Assembly (NCBI GenBank): GCA_963744145.1
Contig: CAVUSO010000002.1
Span: 1 to 19,198 of the forward strand
Source of the DNA: an uncultured cyanobacterium
GTDB lineage: Bacteria > Cyanobacteriota > Cyanobacteriia > Cyanobacteriales > CAWUOF01
Reading direction: 5' to 3'
DNA length: 19,198 nucleotides
A program made the translations under genes and the position numbers. Below, piece after piece: positions 1 through 10,061 of the stretch (position 1 is its first letter; each line of letters opens with the position of its first letter). The notes beneath the pieces are model-generated. The model did not search any database. It saw only the letters and a list, made by a program, of their open reading frames with translations, and was not told the DNA's origin.

Positions 1-32
1 ATATAGTTAATCTATTTGATTCATAAATCGCA

Positions 33-103
33 TAGGGCAAAGCATTCCGGTCATAGCTCTCGGTGGTAAGCAATAACTGATCTGCCGGAATGCTTGTCCC
101 CTA
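33..103. repeat. REP-like long-loop inverted repeat
   Basis: Imperfect arms GGGCAAAGCATTCCGG ... CCGGAATGCTTGTCCC ending in CCCCTAC; related to the hairpin inside the 204-342 element. Confidence 0.6.
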
Positions 104-203
104 CATATCCGGCCAAAATTCTGTTCACGTTTTATTTAGGTTCGCTATAATAGTGCTTGCATCTGAATTGTGATCTGACATTCTCGGCAAATTTTTCCTA
201 AAT

Positions 204-342
204 CAATACGGTTCAGTTAAGCGTAGGGGTGAAGCATTCGGGCGATAATTGAGCGATAAAACGAGTAATATTATACCCGAATGCTTCACCCTTCTTCTTC
301 TGCGCGGAGATCCCCAAAAATATTCTTAACTGAACCGTATTG
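204..342. mobile_element. MITE family A, copy 1
   Basis: Perfect 18-bp terminal inverted repeats CAATACGGTTCAGTTAAG / CTTAACTGAACCGTATTG; internal hairpin GGGTGAAGCATTCGGG...CCCGAATGCTTCACCC; related copies at 14984 and 18504. Confidence 0.85.
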
Positions 343-360
343 GGTCATAAATTTATCTAC

Positions 361-867
361 CTAAGCTCGACTAGAATCTAGATTTTTTTCCGATTGCTCA
401 GGTGGTGATGTTTCTGATGATTTTGGGAGATGCTTGTTTCTAAGGTTATTCAATTTATCCTGATTCTCCGGAGAAATAGACTTTTGAGGATCTGCATCAG
501 ATGCAACGGTCGTACCAGACTCTGGAGTAATAGGATTTCCTTCTAGATTTTTTTCCGATTGCTCAGGTGGTGATGTTTCTGATGATTTTGGGAGATACTT
601 GTTTCTAAGGTTATTCAATTTATCCCGATTCTCCGGAGAAATAGACTTTTGAGGATCTGCATCAGATGCAACGGTCGTACCAGACGTTCCTTTAGGAGTA
701 GGTGCAGATCCATTCTCCCCAAGACCTTGTTCATTTGTCTGATGGATTTTATTATCTATGTTATCCTCTTTAGCGGGTACAAGATTATCTTGTGCCACAG
801 GAATCTCAGCGGTTGTAGAAGAACTTTGATCTTTTGGTTTTTTTTGTGGTTTAAAAAATTCAGACAT
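361..867 (-). CDS. Hypothetical low-complexity hydrophilic protein with an internal duplication (55-aa period)
   Basis: 168-aa ORF starting 17 nt after the ATPase stop, with an AGGA RBS; rich in S/P/E/K/N. Confidence 0.75.
   Translation of the reverse strand: MSEFFKPQKKPKDQSSSTTAEIPVAQDNLVPAKEDNIDNKIHQTNEQGLGENGSAPTPKGTSGTTVASDADPQKSISPENRDKLNNLRNKYLPKSSETSPPEQSEKNLEGNPITPESGTTVASDADPQKSISPENQDKLNNLRNKHLPKSSETSPPEQSEKNLDSSRA
377..685. repeat. In-frame tandem duplication: two 144-bp copies, 165-bp period
   Basis: 377-520 and 542-685 differ at 2 positions (H/Y and Q/R codons). Confidence 0.95.
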
Positions 868-884
868 AAATAATCCTATTGAAG

Positions 885-3800
885 TTAGTTAAGGGTAAGT
901 TTTAAGAAGTATTGCAAATCCTCTGGATCTTTTTCGTTTAGCTGAATAGCTAGACAAGTAACCAAAGAATGTTTTAATTCATTGCTCAAGTATGGGTAAA
1001 CGACAGAAGTAGCAGCCCAGTTTTGTAAAGCGGTATGAGGACTAATATCTTTATTTTGCATATCTTGGTGAAAAGAAGTGCGATCGCCTGCTAACATGAT
1101 CTTATTTTCATACCTAAACACACCAGATGCTTCACATTTAGCATATTCAGGATGGGGCAAACCCAACTCTAATAAATGGTTGGGAATTCGACAGATCCCA
1201 ATCCAGTTGGCTTGATCTTGTGGACTAGGATTAAGGATAGCATTTACCAACAGACGGTGCGCGTGTAAGGGTTGATGTCCCAACCAGCCGTGGATTTTGC
1301 CTTTTTCCTGGATTGCTTCAAGAGCAAGAAAAGAAATGGCACTGTTAAGAATGGCTTGAATGCGATCGCCTGTTAAATGATTAGCACCACGCTCTACTAA
1401 AATTTTACCCAATATGAGGCGGATATGATCAGCCGCAGGGAAACCAAAAGGTGTGGCAAGAATTTGTAAAATTAGATGAGATTTTAAATATCGGTATTGA
1501 GGGTTTTCTGAGAGAATTTGCACTAAATCTGTTGCTATTTCCATGCAATTAGCTAACTCAGATTCTGTGGGACAACCTGCGGGTGGGGCATAGAGTGCAT
1601 TATGTTTAGCTTGGAACTCTTGGAAAAAGGTATGAATTTCTTGATCTGACAAACGGGGGTTAAAATTGTTGCTAGGGTCATCTTTGAAATTTGGAGCGGA
1701 AGTAATGCTAGGTTCGGGTTGACCACCGATATAATAAAGCATTTGACCCGTACCCAAGGAAGCGAGAGATTTTTCCTGCTGGGGTGTAAGTAACATCGAT
1801 CGTCCTAATGCTTCCCGATTTTTGGCTTCAACAATTCGATGGGCGATTTTGATATTAGTATTAACCATAACATCAGGAACTAAACCATCGGGATTTTGTT
1901 CGGCTATAGCGATTCCCTGTCCAAATCCTCGTACTTCTGCTAACATATTGGCAAAGTTTCGTACTGCTTTACCTTTGGGATTTGCTGTTTCTTGATTGGT
2001 AGATTCCGATACATTTGCTAAGAGATTATGAGCTTCTTCAACTAGGAGTAAATGTTTTAATTCTCCGGTAGCTTGATGTCGTCTAGCTGTCCAATATTGA
2101 TAGCAACGGTTGAGAATTAAACCCATAATAAATGCTCGATCGTCTGTATTGGTAATTTGACTCATTTCCATGATTACTGGACGTTGCATAAGTTCGTCAT
2201 AAGGTACTGATTCGGTAGTATTGAGCATTTGTCCTAGAGTACCACGACAAAATTTATTCAGGCGCACGGAAATGGAGGCTGTTATTTCATCGGTGGTTTC
2301 TTTTTTGTAGCCGAGTTTGGGTACTATTTCTGACACTAAATTGGCTAAGTCAGAAAAGCGTGGTGGTGTTAGTTTGTTGTTATCACCAAGAGTGGTAAAT
2401 CCTTTACGTTTATAGGCTTCTTGGATTAATTGTTCGACGACATTGGGTAAGGGTCCCCACATACTCATGGAAACGGAAAATAAATCTAGCAATGCTCCTT
2501 GATGACTGTCGAGATTAATTCCTTCTGGTACTTGAAAGGGATTGAAGCGAAATGGGGCGGTTCGTTCGTCCCCAAGACTAAAAATTAGGAGGTCTTTTTG
2601 AAGGGAATTAACTGTTTTTAAGCCACGATATTCGGTTTTGGCGGGTTCTAATACCATCCAAGGGATGCGATGTTCTCGCCATAATGTTTCTAGTAGATAT
2701 AGGGATGTATTGGTTTTACCGCTACCAGGAACTCCGCTAATTAGGGAGTGTTGGGTTAGTTGTTTTTTGCTTAGTTCGAGGGAACCAATCCGAATTTCTG
2801 CGGGAATTTGGCTGATTTTTTGGGGACGACGAGCGTCTGTTGCACCTGGAGCGGATGGTAAACCCCAGACTCCATTGCGATCGCTGATCGGTAAACGAAA
2901 TACGCTGTGAACTTCTTCGGGACTAAATAACCAGGGCAAGCGGTCTAAATCGTAAGTATTTCCCCAACGATGTAAGGTTAAATCTACCCAATTTTGGTGT
3001 ACTGCTATTTGTTGAATTTCAGTTTGGGTACGGGTGACAATTCCACTACCACGAGGTTGATTTTCGGTTTGGGGTTTGCCATCAATGGTAGTTTGAAAGG
3101 CGGCAATTACTGACTGTGGTAATGCGGATTCGGAGATAATACTAATTGTCATTTCAAAGGGCGATCGCCAACTACTTTGTAACCGCGTCCAAGCTTGGGA
3201 TGCCTGCTCTGCTTCTACCAATTTTTCTTGATATTGTACACTACTAGAAATCACTCGATTTTGGGTACTTTCAGTGCGAGTAATACTAGCTATATTAGCA
3301 TATAATCTTGCTTGTTCTGCGATATATGTTGTTTCTTGTCTTGTTAATTGAGTCGGACGCAAATTAATCGCTACAGCAGCAGGTGTGGGATGGCAAACAA
3401 GGGCACGAAATAGTTCTTGAAAATTAGTAGGATTGGCAACCCAGGAGTCGATGCGAATACCTACAGCATCAGGGATATCAACGCTGGTAATTGTTTCTAA
3501 GTGAGTAATACTACGGCGGAATTCTGCTGATTGTCCCGGTTCATTAGTTAAAAATGGTAAGCGTAATAAAGCTAATTGTTCAGAATTGCGACAGGATTCT
3601 AAGGGATAACCGTTGGGAAAACTATCACGAACTTTATTAAAAAAATTACGGGCAGCAATAATAGTTTCTGATTCGCTTTGTCCTTCAGTTTTACCAACTA
3701 AACCAAAGATTAAATCTTTTTCTGAATCCCCTGTAGTGATGAGACGAAGGGATAAGGTAAAGCGGTTTTCACCGTGTAATTGTTGTATCCAACGTTGTTG

Positions 3801-3986
3801 AGATTGGAGTAATTGATTTAGAGCTGTATCATAACTCATTCCTGTCCGAGCTTGTTCGAGGGAAATTAAATCAGGAATTGCCGGAATTATCACTCCCCAA
3901 AATACTGCTAGAGTTTGCTGTTCTGTCGGTTCGATCGCGACAGCAGGAGCGTTACTTGTTTCCCATTTACTTAATGTTATAACCAC
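885..3986 (-). CDS. Large HerA/FtsK-superfamily (DUF87/VirB4-like) P-loop ATPase
   Basis: HSLISGVPGSGKT (Walker A), LLLVEEAH (Walker B), EVRGFG (Arg-finger region), IAEQNP motif; GTG start with GAGGTG RBS; long N- and C-terminal extensions. Confidence 0.88.
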   Translation of the reverse strand: MVITLSKWETSNAPAVAIEPTEQQTLAVFWGVIIPAIPDLISLEQARTGMSYDTALNQLLQSQQRWIQQLHGENRFTLSLRLITTGDSEKDLIFGLVGKTEGQSESETIIAARNFFNKVRDSFPNGYPLESCRNSEQLALLRLPFLTNEPGQSAEFRRSITHLETITSVDIPDAVGIRIDSWVANPTNFQELFRALVCHPTPAAVAINLRPTQLTRQETTYIAEQARLYANIASITRTESTQNRVISSSVQYQEKLVEAEQASQAWTRLQSSWRSPFEMTISIISESALPQSVIAAFQTTIDGKPQTENQPRGSGIVTRTQTEIQQIAVHQNWVDLTLHRWGNTYDLDRLPWLFSPEEVHSVFRLPISDRNGVWGLPSAPGATDARRPQKISQIPAEIRIGSLELSKKQLTQHSLISGVPGSGKTNTSLYLLETLWREHRIPWMVLEPAKTEYRGLKTVNSLQKDLLIFSLGDERTAPFRFNPFQVPEGINLDSHQGALLDLFSVSMSMWGPLPNVVEQLIQEAYKRKGFTTLGDNNKLTPPRFSDLANLVSEIVPKLGYKKETTDEITASISVRLNKFCRGTLGQMLNTTESVPYDELMQRPVIMEMSQITNTDDRAFIMGLILNRCYQYWTARRHQATGELKHLLLVEEAHNLLANVSESTNQETANPKGKAVRNFANMLAEVRGFGQGIAIAEQNPDGLVPDVMVNTNIKIAHRIVEAKNREALGRSMLLTPQQEKSLASLGTGQMLYYIGGQPEPSITSAPNFKDDPSNNFNPRLSDQEIHTFFQEFQAKHNALYAPPAGCPTESELANCMEIATDLVQILSENPQYRYLKSHLILQILATPFGFPAADHIRLILGKILVERGANHLTGDRIQAILNSAISFLALEAIQEKGKIHGWLGHQPLHAHRLLVNAILNPSPQDQANWIGICRIPNHLLELGLPHPEYAKCEASGVFRYENKIMLAGDRTSFHQDMQNKDISPHTALQNWAATSVVYPYLSNELKHSLVTCLAIQLNEKDPEDLQYFLKLTLN

Positions 3987-4001
3987 CCCAACACCTCATG
4001 A

Positions 4002-4802
4002 TTAAATAGTAAATTTTTCAACTTCCTCAAGGGAAAAACCCAATGCTGCTGCGACTTGATCTTGACTTAATCCCATTCCTAACAACCGAGGAATAGCATC
4101 TCGTCTTGCTTGTTCTGCTGTATCAGCACGTTCTGCACCTGTCGGTAATAAATTTCCTGACCGATCCCACCATCGTAACCACAACATTTCCTGATTTTGA
4201 TACCTACCTTGCCATAATCCTAACTCTACATTTAAAGGGTCAATTACATAGCGACTACAAGGATTAGGAGCTAACTGCTGATACATTTTATTGATCAGTC
4301 GATAGACTTCTAGTTTCCCTGTTTTAATTTCATATATGCCATAATAGGAAGCTTGGATAATCTGTTCATATACCCAAAACTTTCCTGGTTTTTGTTGAGA
4401 ATCTCCTAAAGAAGATAAAGGTGTCTGATCTCTTTCTTCCTCACCATTTCCTGATGCAAACTCTAGAATAATTAATGGGTTAATCAGTTCCTGTGATAGT
4501 ACATAGGAACGACGTATTTCACCATCTAATTTTGGCGGTACATTAGGAACATAGAACCAATCAGGTGCTGCTGCTCCCTTGTCCAAAGGATCAGTTTGTC
4601 TCCAGTAAATCCCACAATCTTGTCCGATCGCATACTGTCCGTCTGGATGAAGTTTTTCTAATACTGAACTAAGCGAATCAGTTAAAATAATACTTTGGGG
4701 ATGCTCCTGAAAATTCTTCACAAAAGTGCCATCTTCCTCGGGTAACTGAGTGTGATCAAGGAAGGAAGAGGTAATGATCGTTTTTTCCACTGCTTGGGTC
4801 AT
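4002..4802 (-). CDS. Uma2 family (DUF820) PD-(D/E)XK-like endonuclease
   Basis: APDWFYVP, PLIILEFAS, WLRWWD, and the typical cyanobacterial tail AIPRLLGMGLS..QVAAAL. Confidence 0.88.
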   Translation of the reverse strand: MTQAVEKTIITSSFLDHTQLPEEDGTFVKNFQEHPQSIILTDSLSSVLEKLHPDGQYAIGQDCGIYWRQTDPLDKGAAAPDWFYVPNVPPKLDGEIRRSYVLSQELINPLIILEFASGNGEEERDQTPLSSLGDSQQKPGKFWVYEQIIQASYYGIYEIKTGKLEVYRLINKMYQQLAPNPCSRYVIDPLNVELGLWQGRYQNQEMLWLRWWDRSGNLLPTGAERADTAEQARRDAIPRLLGMGLSQDQVAAALGFSLEEVEKFTI

Positions 4803-5020
4803 TTGGCTAAGTCAATTAAAGCGTTGCGATACTTTTTGATGCCCCGTCTAGCGATTTCCATCTTTTTTGCAAAGTCGGGATCGAAAGCTGAGATTTCGTA
4901 ACCGTTGGGAGTTTTAGTGATATAGATAGTATCACCATCATCAATATTGAGGTTAGTCGCAATTTCTTTAGGGATGATCACGCTGAGAGAATTACCGCGC
5001 TTTTTTACGATGAGTCGCAT
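4799..5020 (-). CDS. AbrB/MazE/SpoVT-family antitoxin, Doc-partner-like
   Basis: KKRGNSLSVIIPKEI AbrB motif; C-terminus KKYRNALIDLAK; ATGA overlap with the downstream Uma2 gene. Confidence 0.85.
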   Translation of the reverse strand: MRLIVKKRGNSLSVIIPKEIATNLNIDDGDTIYITKTPNGYEISAFDPDFAKKMEIARRGIKKYRNALIDLAK

Positions 5021-5064
5021 GATGGTTTTCTGATGGGGAGATTTTATGTGATTTTACCAGTTAT

Positions 5065-5640
5065 CTATAAAATCGCATCAACACTAATTACCAAATCCGG
5101 AAAGGCAATGGGTGAGATACTTTCACCGCGTCTGAATTGTTGGACACTTTCATACCCATTAATAGATGGGTTGCGATAAACCTCAACCAATTCAGCCCCG
5201 ATATCTACGATCCAAAGTTCAATAATCCCAGCCCTACCATAGAGGACTGACTTCACATTATGATCGTTGTCAATAGTGGTAAGTACGGGCGTATTGCAAT
5301 ACGCCCCTTCAATCAGTAAATATATGTCTTGAGGCTGTGGATGGGATTCCCGGTAACAGTCTGTACGAAACCCCAGTATTGATAGATCAGGTTGTGGCTC
5401 TAATTGTCCGTTTAGCCTAATTGGGGACTGTGATCTGATTGTGGCACGTTTACCTAAAGCGTCAAAGAAAATTACTACCAAGCGATCAATACAGCTTGCA
5501 TGACGACTACCCATTGGTGCCATAAGAACAATATCCCCATCAATTAGTTCTGTCCGTTCATCAGGTCCAAGTATTCCTACTTCACCCAGTTTGTAATATT
5601 CCTCTACAGTAAATTTCTTTCTTGTTGCCACTGTGGTCAT
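5065..5640 (-). CDS. Uma2 family (DUF820) endonuclease containing an in-frame REP palindrome (alternative start at 5652)
   Basis: FTVEEYYKLGEVGIL..DERTELIDG, EPQPDL, LLIE, LYGRAGI.E.WIVD. Confidence 0.88.
   Translation of the reverse strand: MTTVATRKKFTVEEYYKLGEVGILGPDERTELIDGDIVLMAPMGSRHASCIDRLVVIFFDALGKRATIRSQSPIRLNGQLEPQPDLSILGFRTDCYRESHPQPQDIYLLIEGAYCNTPVLTTIDNDHNVKSVLYGRAGIIELWIVDIGAELVEVYRNPSINGYESVQQFRRGESISPIAFPDLVISVDAIL
5283..5308. repeat. REP-type palindrome inside the Uma2 CDS
   Basis: GTAC + perfect 20-bp palindrome GGGCGTATTGCAATACGCCC (5287-5306) + CT; same pattern as the REPs at 18877-18925. Confidence 0.8.
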
Positions 5641-5713
5641 AATTCTCACCATCCTAGTACAGAATCAAGCTTTATTTACCTGTTCGGGGGTCACTTCCAA
5701 ATATTTCTGTAAT

Positions 5714-5739
5714 CCCCTACACTTAACTGAACCGTATTG
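5714..5739. mobile_element. Solo end of MITE family A
   Basis: CCCCTACACTTAACTGAACCGTATTG matches the family A terminus; no partner TIR nearby. Confidence 0.75.
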
Positions 5740-5771
5740 TATTATAACTTAATTTAATGTGTAGTCCTGTT

Positions 5772-6185
5772 TTATTCTCTCAAATCGCACACTAATTTTT
5801 TAAAAAGAGATACGGAAATAACTGTAGTGTTCGTTAAAATTTTAGCTTCAGTAAAATCGCGATCGCCAGTTATTAAAAAATTTGCTTCAGCTACTACAGC
5901 ACAAGCCAGAAATTTAGCATCTTTCCGATCTCTCGGAAAATCAACTTCAACGTTGACTTCAATCAGCGTTGTAGCATACTCAAGGATATTAAACCATCTC
6001 TCTTTTTGGGATTCCGTTAATCTGAGCCGACTACGACTTAAAACCTCCTGATATTCTCTGAGAATTTCTGCTGACACCACCCATTCAAAATTTGGACTCT
6101 CTGCAATAAACAAAATAACTGTTTCTGGGTTTCTCCCAGTTACCGCAGCAGAGACTAAAACATTAGTATCAATAACTATTCTCAT
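5772..6185 (-). CDS. PIN-domain toxin (putative type II TA toxin, PIN_3-like)
   Basis: MRIVIDTNVLVSA, RDRKDAKFLACA, LITGDRDF. Confidence 0.9.
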   Translation of the reverse strand: MRIVIDTNVLVSAAVTGRNPETVILFIAESPNFEWVVSAEILREYQEVLSRSRLRLTESQKERWFNILEYATTLIEVNVEVDFPRDRKDAKFLACAVVAEANFLITGDRDFTEAKILTNTTVISVSLFKKLVCDLRE

Positions 6186-6421
6186 TCTCCCCTTCGATAA
6201 GCCTCGATTTCTGCTGCTATTTCTTCTTCAGTCATCGGATTATTTGCGTGTAATGCTTGTGTTTCCTTCATTAACTCTCGTAAATTTTGTGCTAAGGCTG
6301 CTTTTTGATTATTTTCAACCAAAATAATCACTTCAACCCGTTGTCCAGGTTGAAAAGGTAAATCAGATAAAACTACCTTTGATGGATCTTCAATTGTCAC
6401 ATATTTTTTATAAGCAAACAT
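6182..6421 (-). CDS. Putative antitoxin of the PIN toxin
   Basis: 79 aa; LPFQPGQRVEVII and MTEEEIAAEIEAYR; ATGA overlap with the PIN gene. Confidence 0.8.
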   Translation of the reverse strand: MFAYKKYVTIEDPSKVVLSDLPFQPGQRVEVIILVENNQKAALAQNLRELMKETQALHANNPMTEEEIAAEIEAYRRGE

Positions 6422-6756
6422 GGCTAATTTTCTCCAATATTAAAAAAGTTGGTTTACTGTACAGTTTTTCCCGGATATTTTGGACTATTCTGTGATTATT
6501 ACGATCTACTCTACTCAGTAGTTTATCAGATTTTGGTGTCTTGTCCATATTTTACTCCATTTCTTATAATTAGTTGGTAAATCTAAAAAATTTGGGTTAA
6601 CCTGCCCCGGCTAGTTAATAAGCGTGCAATTTCAGAGTAAATTGGGATAAGCAGTTCTTTGAATAAGCGATCGCGGTTAATCATTTTATCTAAATTTACC
6701 TTGATTTAATTTGGATTCTCTCACTTTCACGTCTTTGGTTTCAATTAAATTTAATC

Positions 6757-7827
6757 TTATCTTTGGCTATATTCTATTCGCCTTGGTTTACCTATTTCTG
6801 CATTTCCTACATTTTTGATCATAAACTCTTGAAATAATGCTGCCCGCTCTTGACCAATAAAAGATCCTACTTGAATCGATTCTATCCCTGTTTCTTTTCT
6901 TACCATTCGATAAGCATCTTGACAAAATCGGGACTTAATGATTTGTAAATCTGTTTCATTATATCTAACAAATACTGGATAAAAATAAACTGGATAAGCG
7001 CTCGGATCTGTTGGAATTGAATCTCCACAAGCACTTTGGGGAAATGCCATTGTTTCAAAAGGATTAACTGGTGGTGTGTAAGATGGTGCGACTGGAGGAG
7101 GTATTGGAACTATTGAATTAGTAACAGAGTTAGAAGAACTAGAAACTTTTTCTGAATTGGTGTTGGATGTTAAAAATGCGTTTATCCTAATTCCTACAAT
7201 CCCAAGTATCGCCATTATTGTAGCACCTATTAACCCCCACTGCCATGCAGCTAGTTCGCGTTTTGTTTCATTTTCTGTTGGGAAAATATTCCCTCCTGGA
7301 GTAGAAATAACCGTTGGGCTAGAAATAACAGTCGGAGAAGTAGGAGTGAGTGCTTGCAACATCTGCATTGCATTAGCATAACGATACTGGGGTAATGTAG
7401 ATATAGCCGACTCTAAAACTGCTGCTAATTGATCGCTAACTAGACAATCATCTTGCCATTTCCAAGTACCATCGTAATTCCGTAAAACTTCAGGATTTTT
7501 TCCGGTGAGCAATTCAATAGTTGTCACTCCTAAAGCATAGATATCTCCCGCAGGATTAGCTTGTCCTGTTTGTATTTGTTCAGGGGCAATATAGCCAGGG
7601 ACAGCAAAACTATTAGCTTGAACTAAGCTTGCTTGTTGAGTATTTCTGTTTTGCACTAAAGTATCTGGGGAAATTCCACCGTGGATTAATCCTTGTGCGT
7701 GTAACTGTGCTAATTGTGGCAATACTTGTCGCAAAATATCAGTTACTTGAGGTTCAGAAAAGCCCCGTCCTTGACGTTCTGCTAACAAAATCCGATAAGT
7801 AGTTATTTGTTGAATATTGTCTTGCAT
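6757..7827 (-). CDS. Membrane-anchored pseudokinase A: C-lobe only, TM helix, C-terminal domain
   Basis: Starts near helix E (no N-lobe); HGGISPDTL replaces HRDxKPxN; no DFG; keeps GYIAPEQ and DIYALG; TM WGLIGATIMAILGIVGI; C-terminal CGD..YPVFV..FCQDA domain. Confidence 0.85.
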   Translation of the reverse strand: MQDNIQQITTYRILLAERQGRGFSEPQVTDILRQVLPQLAQLHAQGLIHGGISPDTLVQNRNTQQASLVQANSFAVPGYIAPEQIQTGQANPAGDIYALGVTTIELLTGKNPEVLRNYDGTWKWQDDCLVSDQLAAVLESAISTLPQYRYANAMQMLQALTPTSPTVISSPTVISTPGGNIFPTENETKRELAAWQWGLIGATIMAILGIVGIRINAFLTSNTNSEKVSSSSNSVTNSIVPIPPPVAPSYTPPVNPFETMAFPQSACGDSIPTDPSAYPVYFYPVFVRYNETDLQIIKSRFCQDAYRMVRKETGIESIQVGSFIGQERAALFQEFMIKNVGNAEIGKPRRIEYSQR

Positions 7828-7856
7828 GATTTATTACCTATTGATAAATATTTCTC

Positions 7857-8928
7857 TTAAAGAATACCGATGCTAACTGTATAAGTTGAATCATTTGGGG
7901 CAGAAATTTCTACTGTATAGTCTCCATTACTAGGTAATATTCCTTCCCAAAATTTTACTCCATTTTGTGCTGTTCCCAATCTGGTTCCATTGGGCGCAAT
8001 TACCGCTACATTTACATTGCCCTGTAAAATGTTGACGCTAAATTTTTGTCCTTGTCCACAGTCTAGTAAATAATGCTTAAGTTGACTGGGTGAAATGCTA
8101 CCAGATACCGTTGCTTCCGTAGCTTCCTGCATTAAAATTAACTCGATTGGTTTCTACTGATGTTGGTAATGATGATGGTAGTGGATTAGGTGGAGCTAAT
8201 CGATTAGATGAAAAATTCTTTTCAGGAGTCGGTGCTGGATTTACATCATCTTTTACCTGTTTTTTAGAACTAACTAAGTTAGCTGATTCAAAACCTACTA
8301 GGATAATCAATATTGATGCTATAGCAACGATTATACCCAACTGCGGTTGAGGTAAGTTTTGCGATCGCTGCATTCTATTGGGGGAATTTGGTGTAAATAA
8401 TAAAGTTGGGTTGATACTATTATTAGTAGGTAAAATAGTTGGAACTTTAGGATTAAGTGCTTCTAACATTTGCATCGCGTTAGTATAGCGATATTCAGGT
8501 GTAGCTATAGTCCGCTCTAAAACTGCTGTCAATTGGTCGCTAACTAGACAATAATCTTGCCATTTCCAAGTACCATCATCATTGCGTAAAACTTCAGGAT
8601 TTTTTCCGGTGAGCAATTCAATAGTTGTCACTCCTAAAGCATAGATATCTGCCGCAGGATTTGCTGGTGCTGTTTGTAATTGTGCTAGTGGAAGAGAACC
8701 GGGAGCGGTAAAGTTATCAGCTTTGGTTAAAATTACTTGCTTACTACTTTCATCTTGGATGATGGTATCTGGAGAAATTCTCCCATGTCCCAATCCCTGG
8801 GCGTGGATTTGCGCCAATTGTGGTAGCACCTGTCGAAGAAGTTCGGTTATTTCTATTTCTGAAAAACCTCGACCTTGGCGATCTGTCAGTAAGGTGCGGT
8901 AGGTTTTGCTATGAATTTAGTTTTGCAT
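7857..8928 (-). pseudogene. Membrane-anchored pseudokinase B (paralog of A) with a PPC-like beta-sandwich C-terminus; disrupted
   Basis: ATG at 8928 reads MQN*IHSKTYRTLLTDRQGRGFSE, colinear with the paralog A N-terminus; TAA at 8917-8919; one extra A at ~8115 splits ORFs 8098-8829 and 7857-8132 (removal restores NAGSYG-ATVSGSIS). Confidence 0.85.
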
Positions 8929-8933
8929 AGGTT

Positions 8934-9365
8934 TCAGCCTTGGATAAGTTGCTGAATTTCGGTTAGATAATTTCGCGCTTTTTGATTTCCCGGTGCTAGC
9001 TGCAATGACCGATTTAGTGCTATTTCTGCGGTGCGATAATCTTGTAAATTTGCCTTAGCAATTCCCAACCCATACCAAGCAGTAGCATCCTGGGGTAGTT
9101 GTTGGGTTAGTTGTTCCCAGTAGTAAGCTGCTCTGGGATGATCTCCAATTTCTTCAGCAAATTCTGCTCCTAATTTTACTGTTTCAAGGTAGTGTTTGCG
9201 ATAAAGTTGTTGTTGGCTGGGATCTTTTTGAGTAATACTGTAAGCCAGTTGTAAAGATTGATTAATTTTGCCTAATTTCAGGCATATTTTTGCTATTTGC
9301 CAAAGTTCAGCTACAGCAGTTTCAGATTCTAGCTTTTGGATAGAAAGAATTGGAGATTGTATCAT
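8934..9365 (-). CDS. Tetratricopeptide repeat protein
   Basis: TPR consensus DATAWYGLGIAKANLQDYRTAEIALNRSLQLAPGN. Confidence 0.85.
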   Translation of the reverse strand: MIQSPILSIQKLESETAVAELWQIAKICLKLGKINQSLQLAYSITQKDPSQQQLYRKHYLETVKLGAEFAEEIGDHPRAAYYWEQLTQQLPQDATAWYGLGIAKANLQDYRTAEIALNRSLQLAPGNQKARNYLTEIQQLIQG

Positions 9366-9374
9366 TAATTACCC

Positions 9375-9758
9375 TCATCTCCTAAAAGATTTTCCGCCCA
9401 GGGAAGTTCTAACCAGAATTTCCTTAATTTGTTCCTCATTGTATCCCTTTCGATTGCAACATAGGTTTGAGAATTTCTTCTACTTGTTTAGATACCATAT
9501 CATCTAGTTTTTTGGCATCCAATAAATCTAGAGGTGGTATGTCTTTTTCTTGACCTTTTCGTTGTCTTAAGAAAGAAGAAAATACCAATAGCGAAAACTA
9601 TCAAAGGAAGAACAAGAATTGTTCCAAAAGAAGCACTAAAATACGACACGCAAAGATTCCAAGATAATTTCTTCACTCGAAATTTTGCCTAAGTTTCTAG
9701 TTAATTTGTTATCACATTAAATTACAACAATCAGTTGTACTAAGGAATGAGCTATCAT
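9375..9758 (-). pseudogene. Fragmented small membrane protein gene
   Basis: Hand translation joins a hydrophobic stretch (FGTILVLPLIVFAIGIFF), then SFLRQRKGQEKDIPPLDLLDAKKLDDMVSKQVEEILKPMLQSKG, then after +1 at 9445-9447 YNEEQIKEILVRTSLGGKSFRR*. It ends 9 nt before the TPR start; the 5' boundary is uncertain. Confidence 0.55.
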
Positions 9759-10061
9759 AGTTGCAAATTAACCTAATATATTAGGTTTTAACTCCAGTTT
9801 TTTCTTTTTTATCAGCATCATGTACAAGCGCAAGTATAAGCCAAAAAATAATCAAAATATATTGTAATGAAAGAATTAATATAAGCATTAATATGCCATT
9901 AGCTTTTTTAGGTAAAATTCCCAATCTTTTCATAAGATCAGGTGTAACGCCATATATCTGTAACCATATATATTCCAGAAAATTGCCAGAAAAATTCCTA
10001 TTCCTAACCCAGAACCATTCAGTAATATCATTACTGCAAAAGAGAAAAGAGTATGGTAAAA

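Noticed and set aside
649..873. 74-aa plus-strand ORF
   Set aside because: Antisense to the 361-867 gene; no recognisable motif
2638..3801. Plus-strand ORFs 2638-2910 and 3613-3801
   Set aside because: Antisense shadows of the ATPase gene
885..3986. Sir2-HerA/NurA-HerA defence system or conjugative T4SS
   Set aside because: No Sir2, NurA, relaxase or other VirB components recognisable in the window
7857..8132. 91-aa ORF as an independent gene
   Set aside because: It is the frameshifted C-terminal domain of the 7857-8928 pseudogene
5827..8350. Plus-strand ORFs 5827-6051, 7157-7381 and 8147-8350
   Set aside because: Antisense shadows of the PIN and pseudokinase genes
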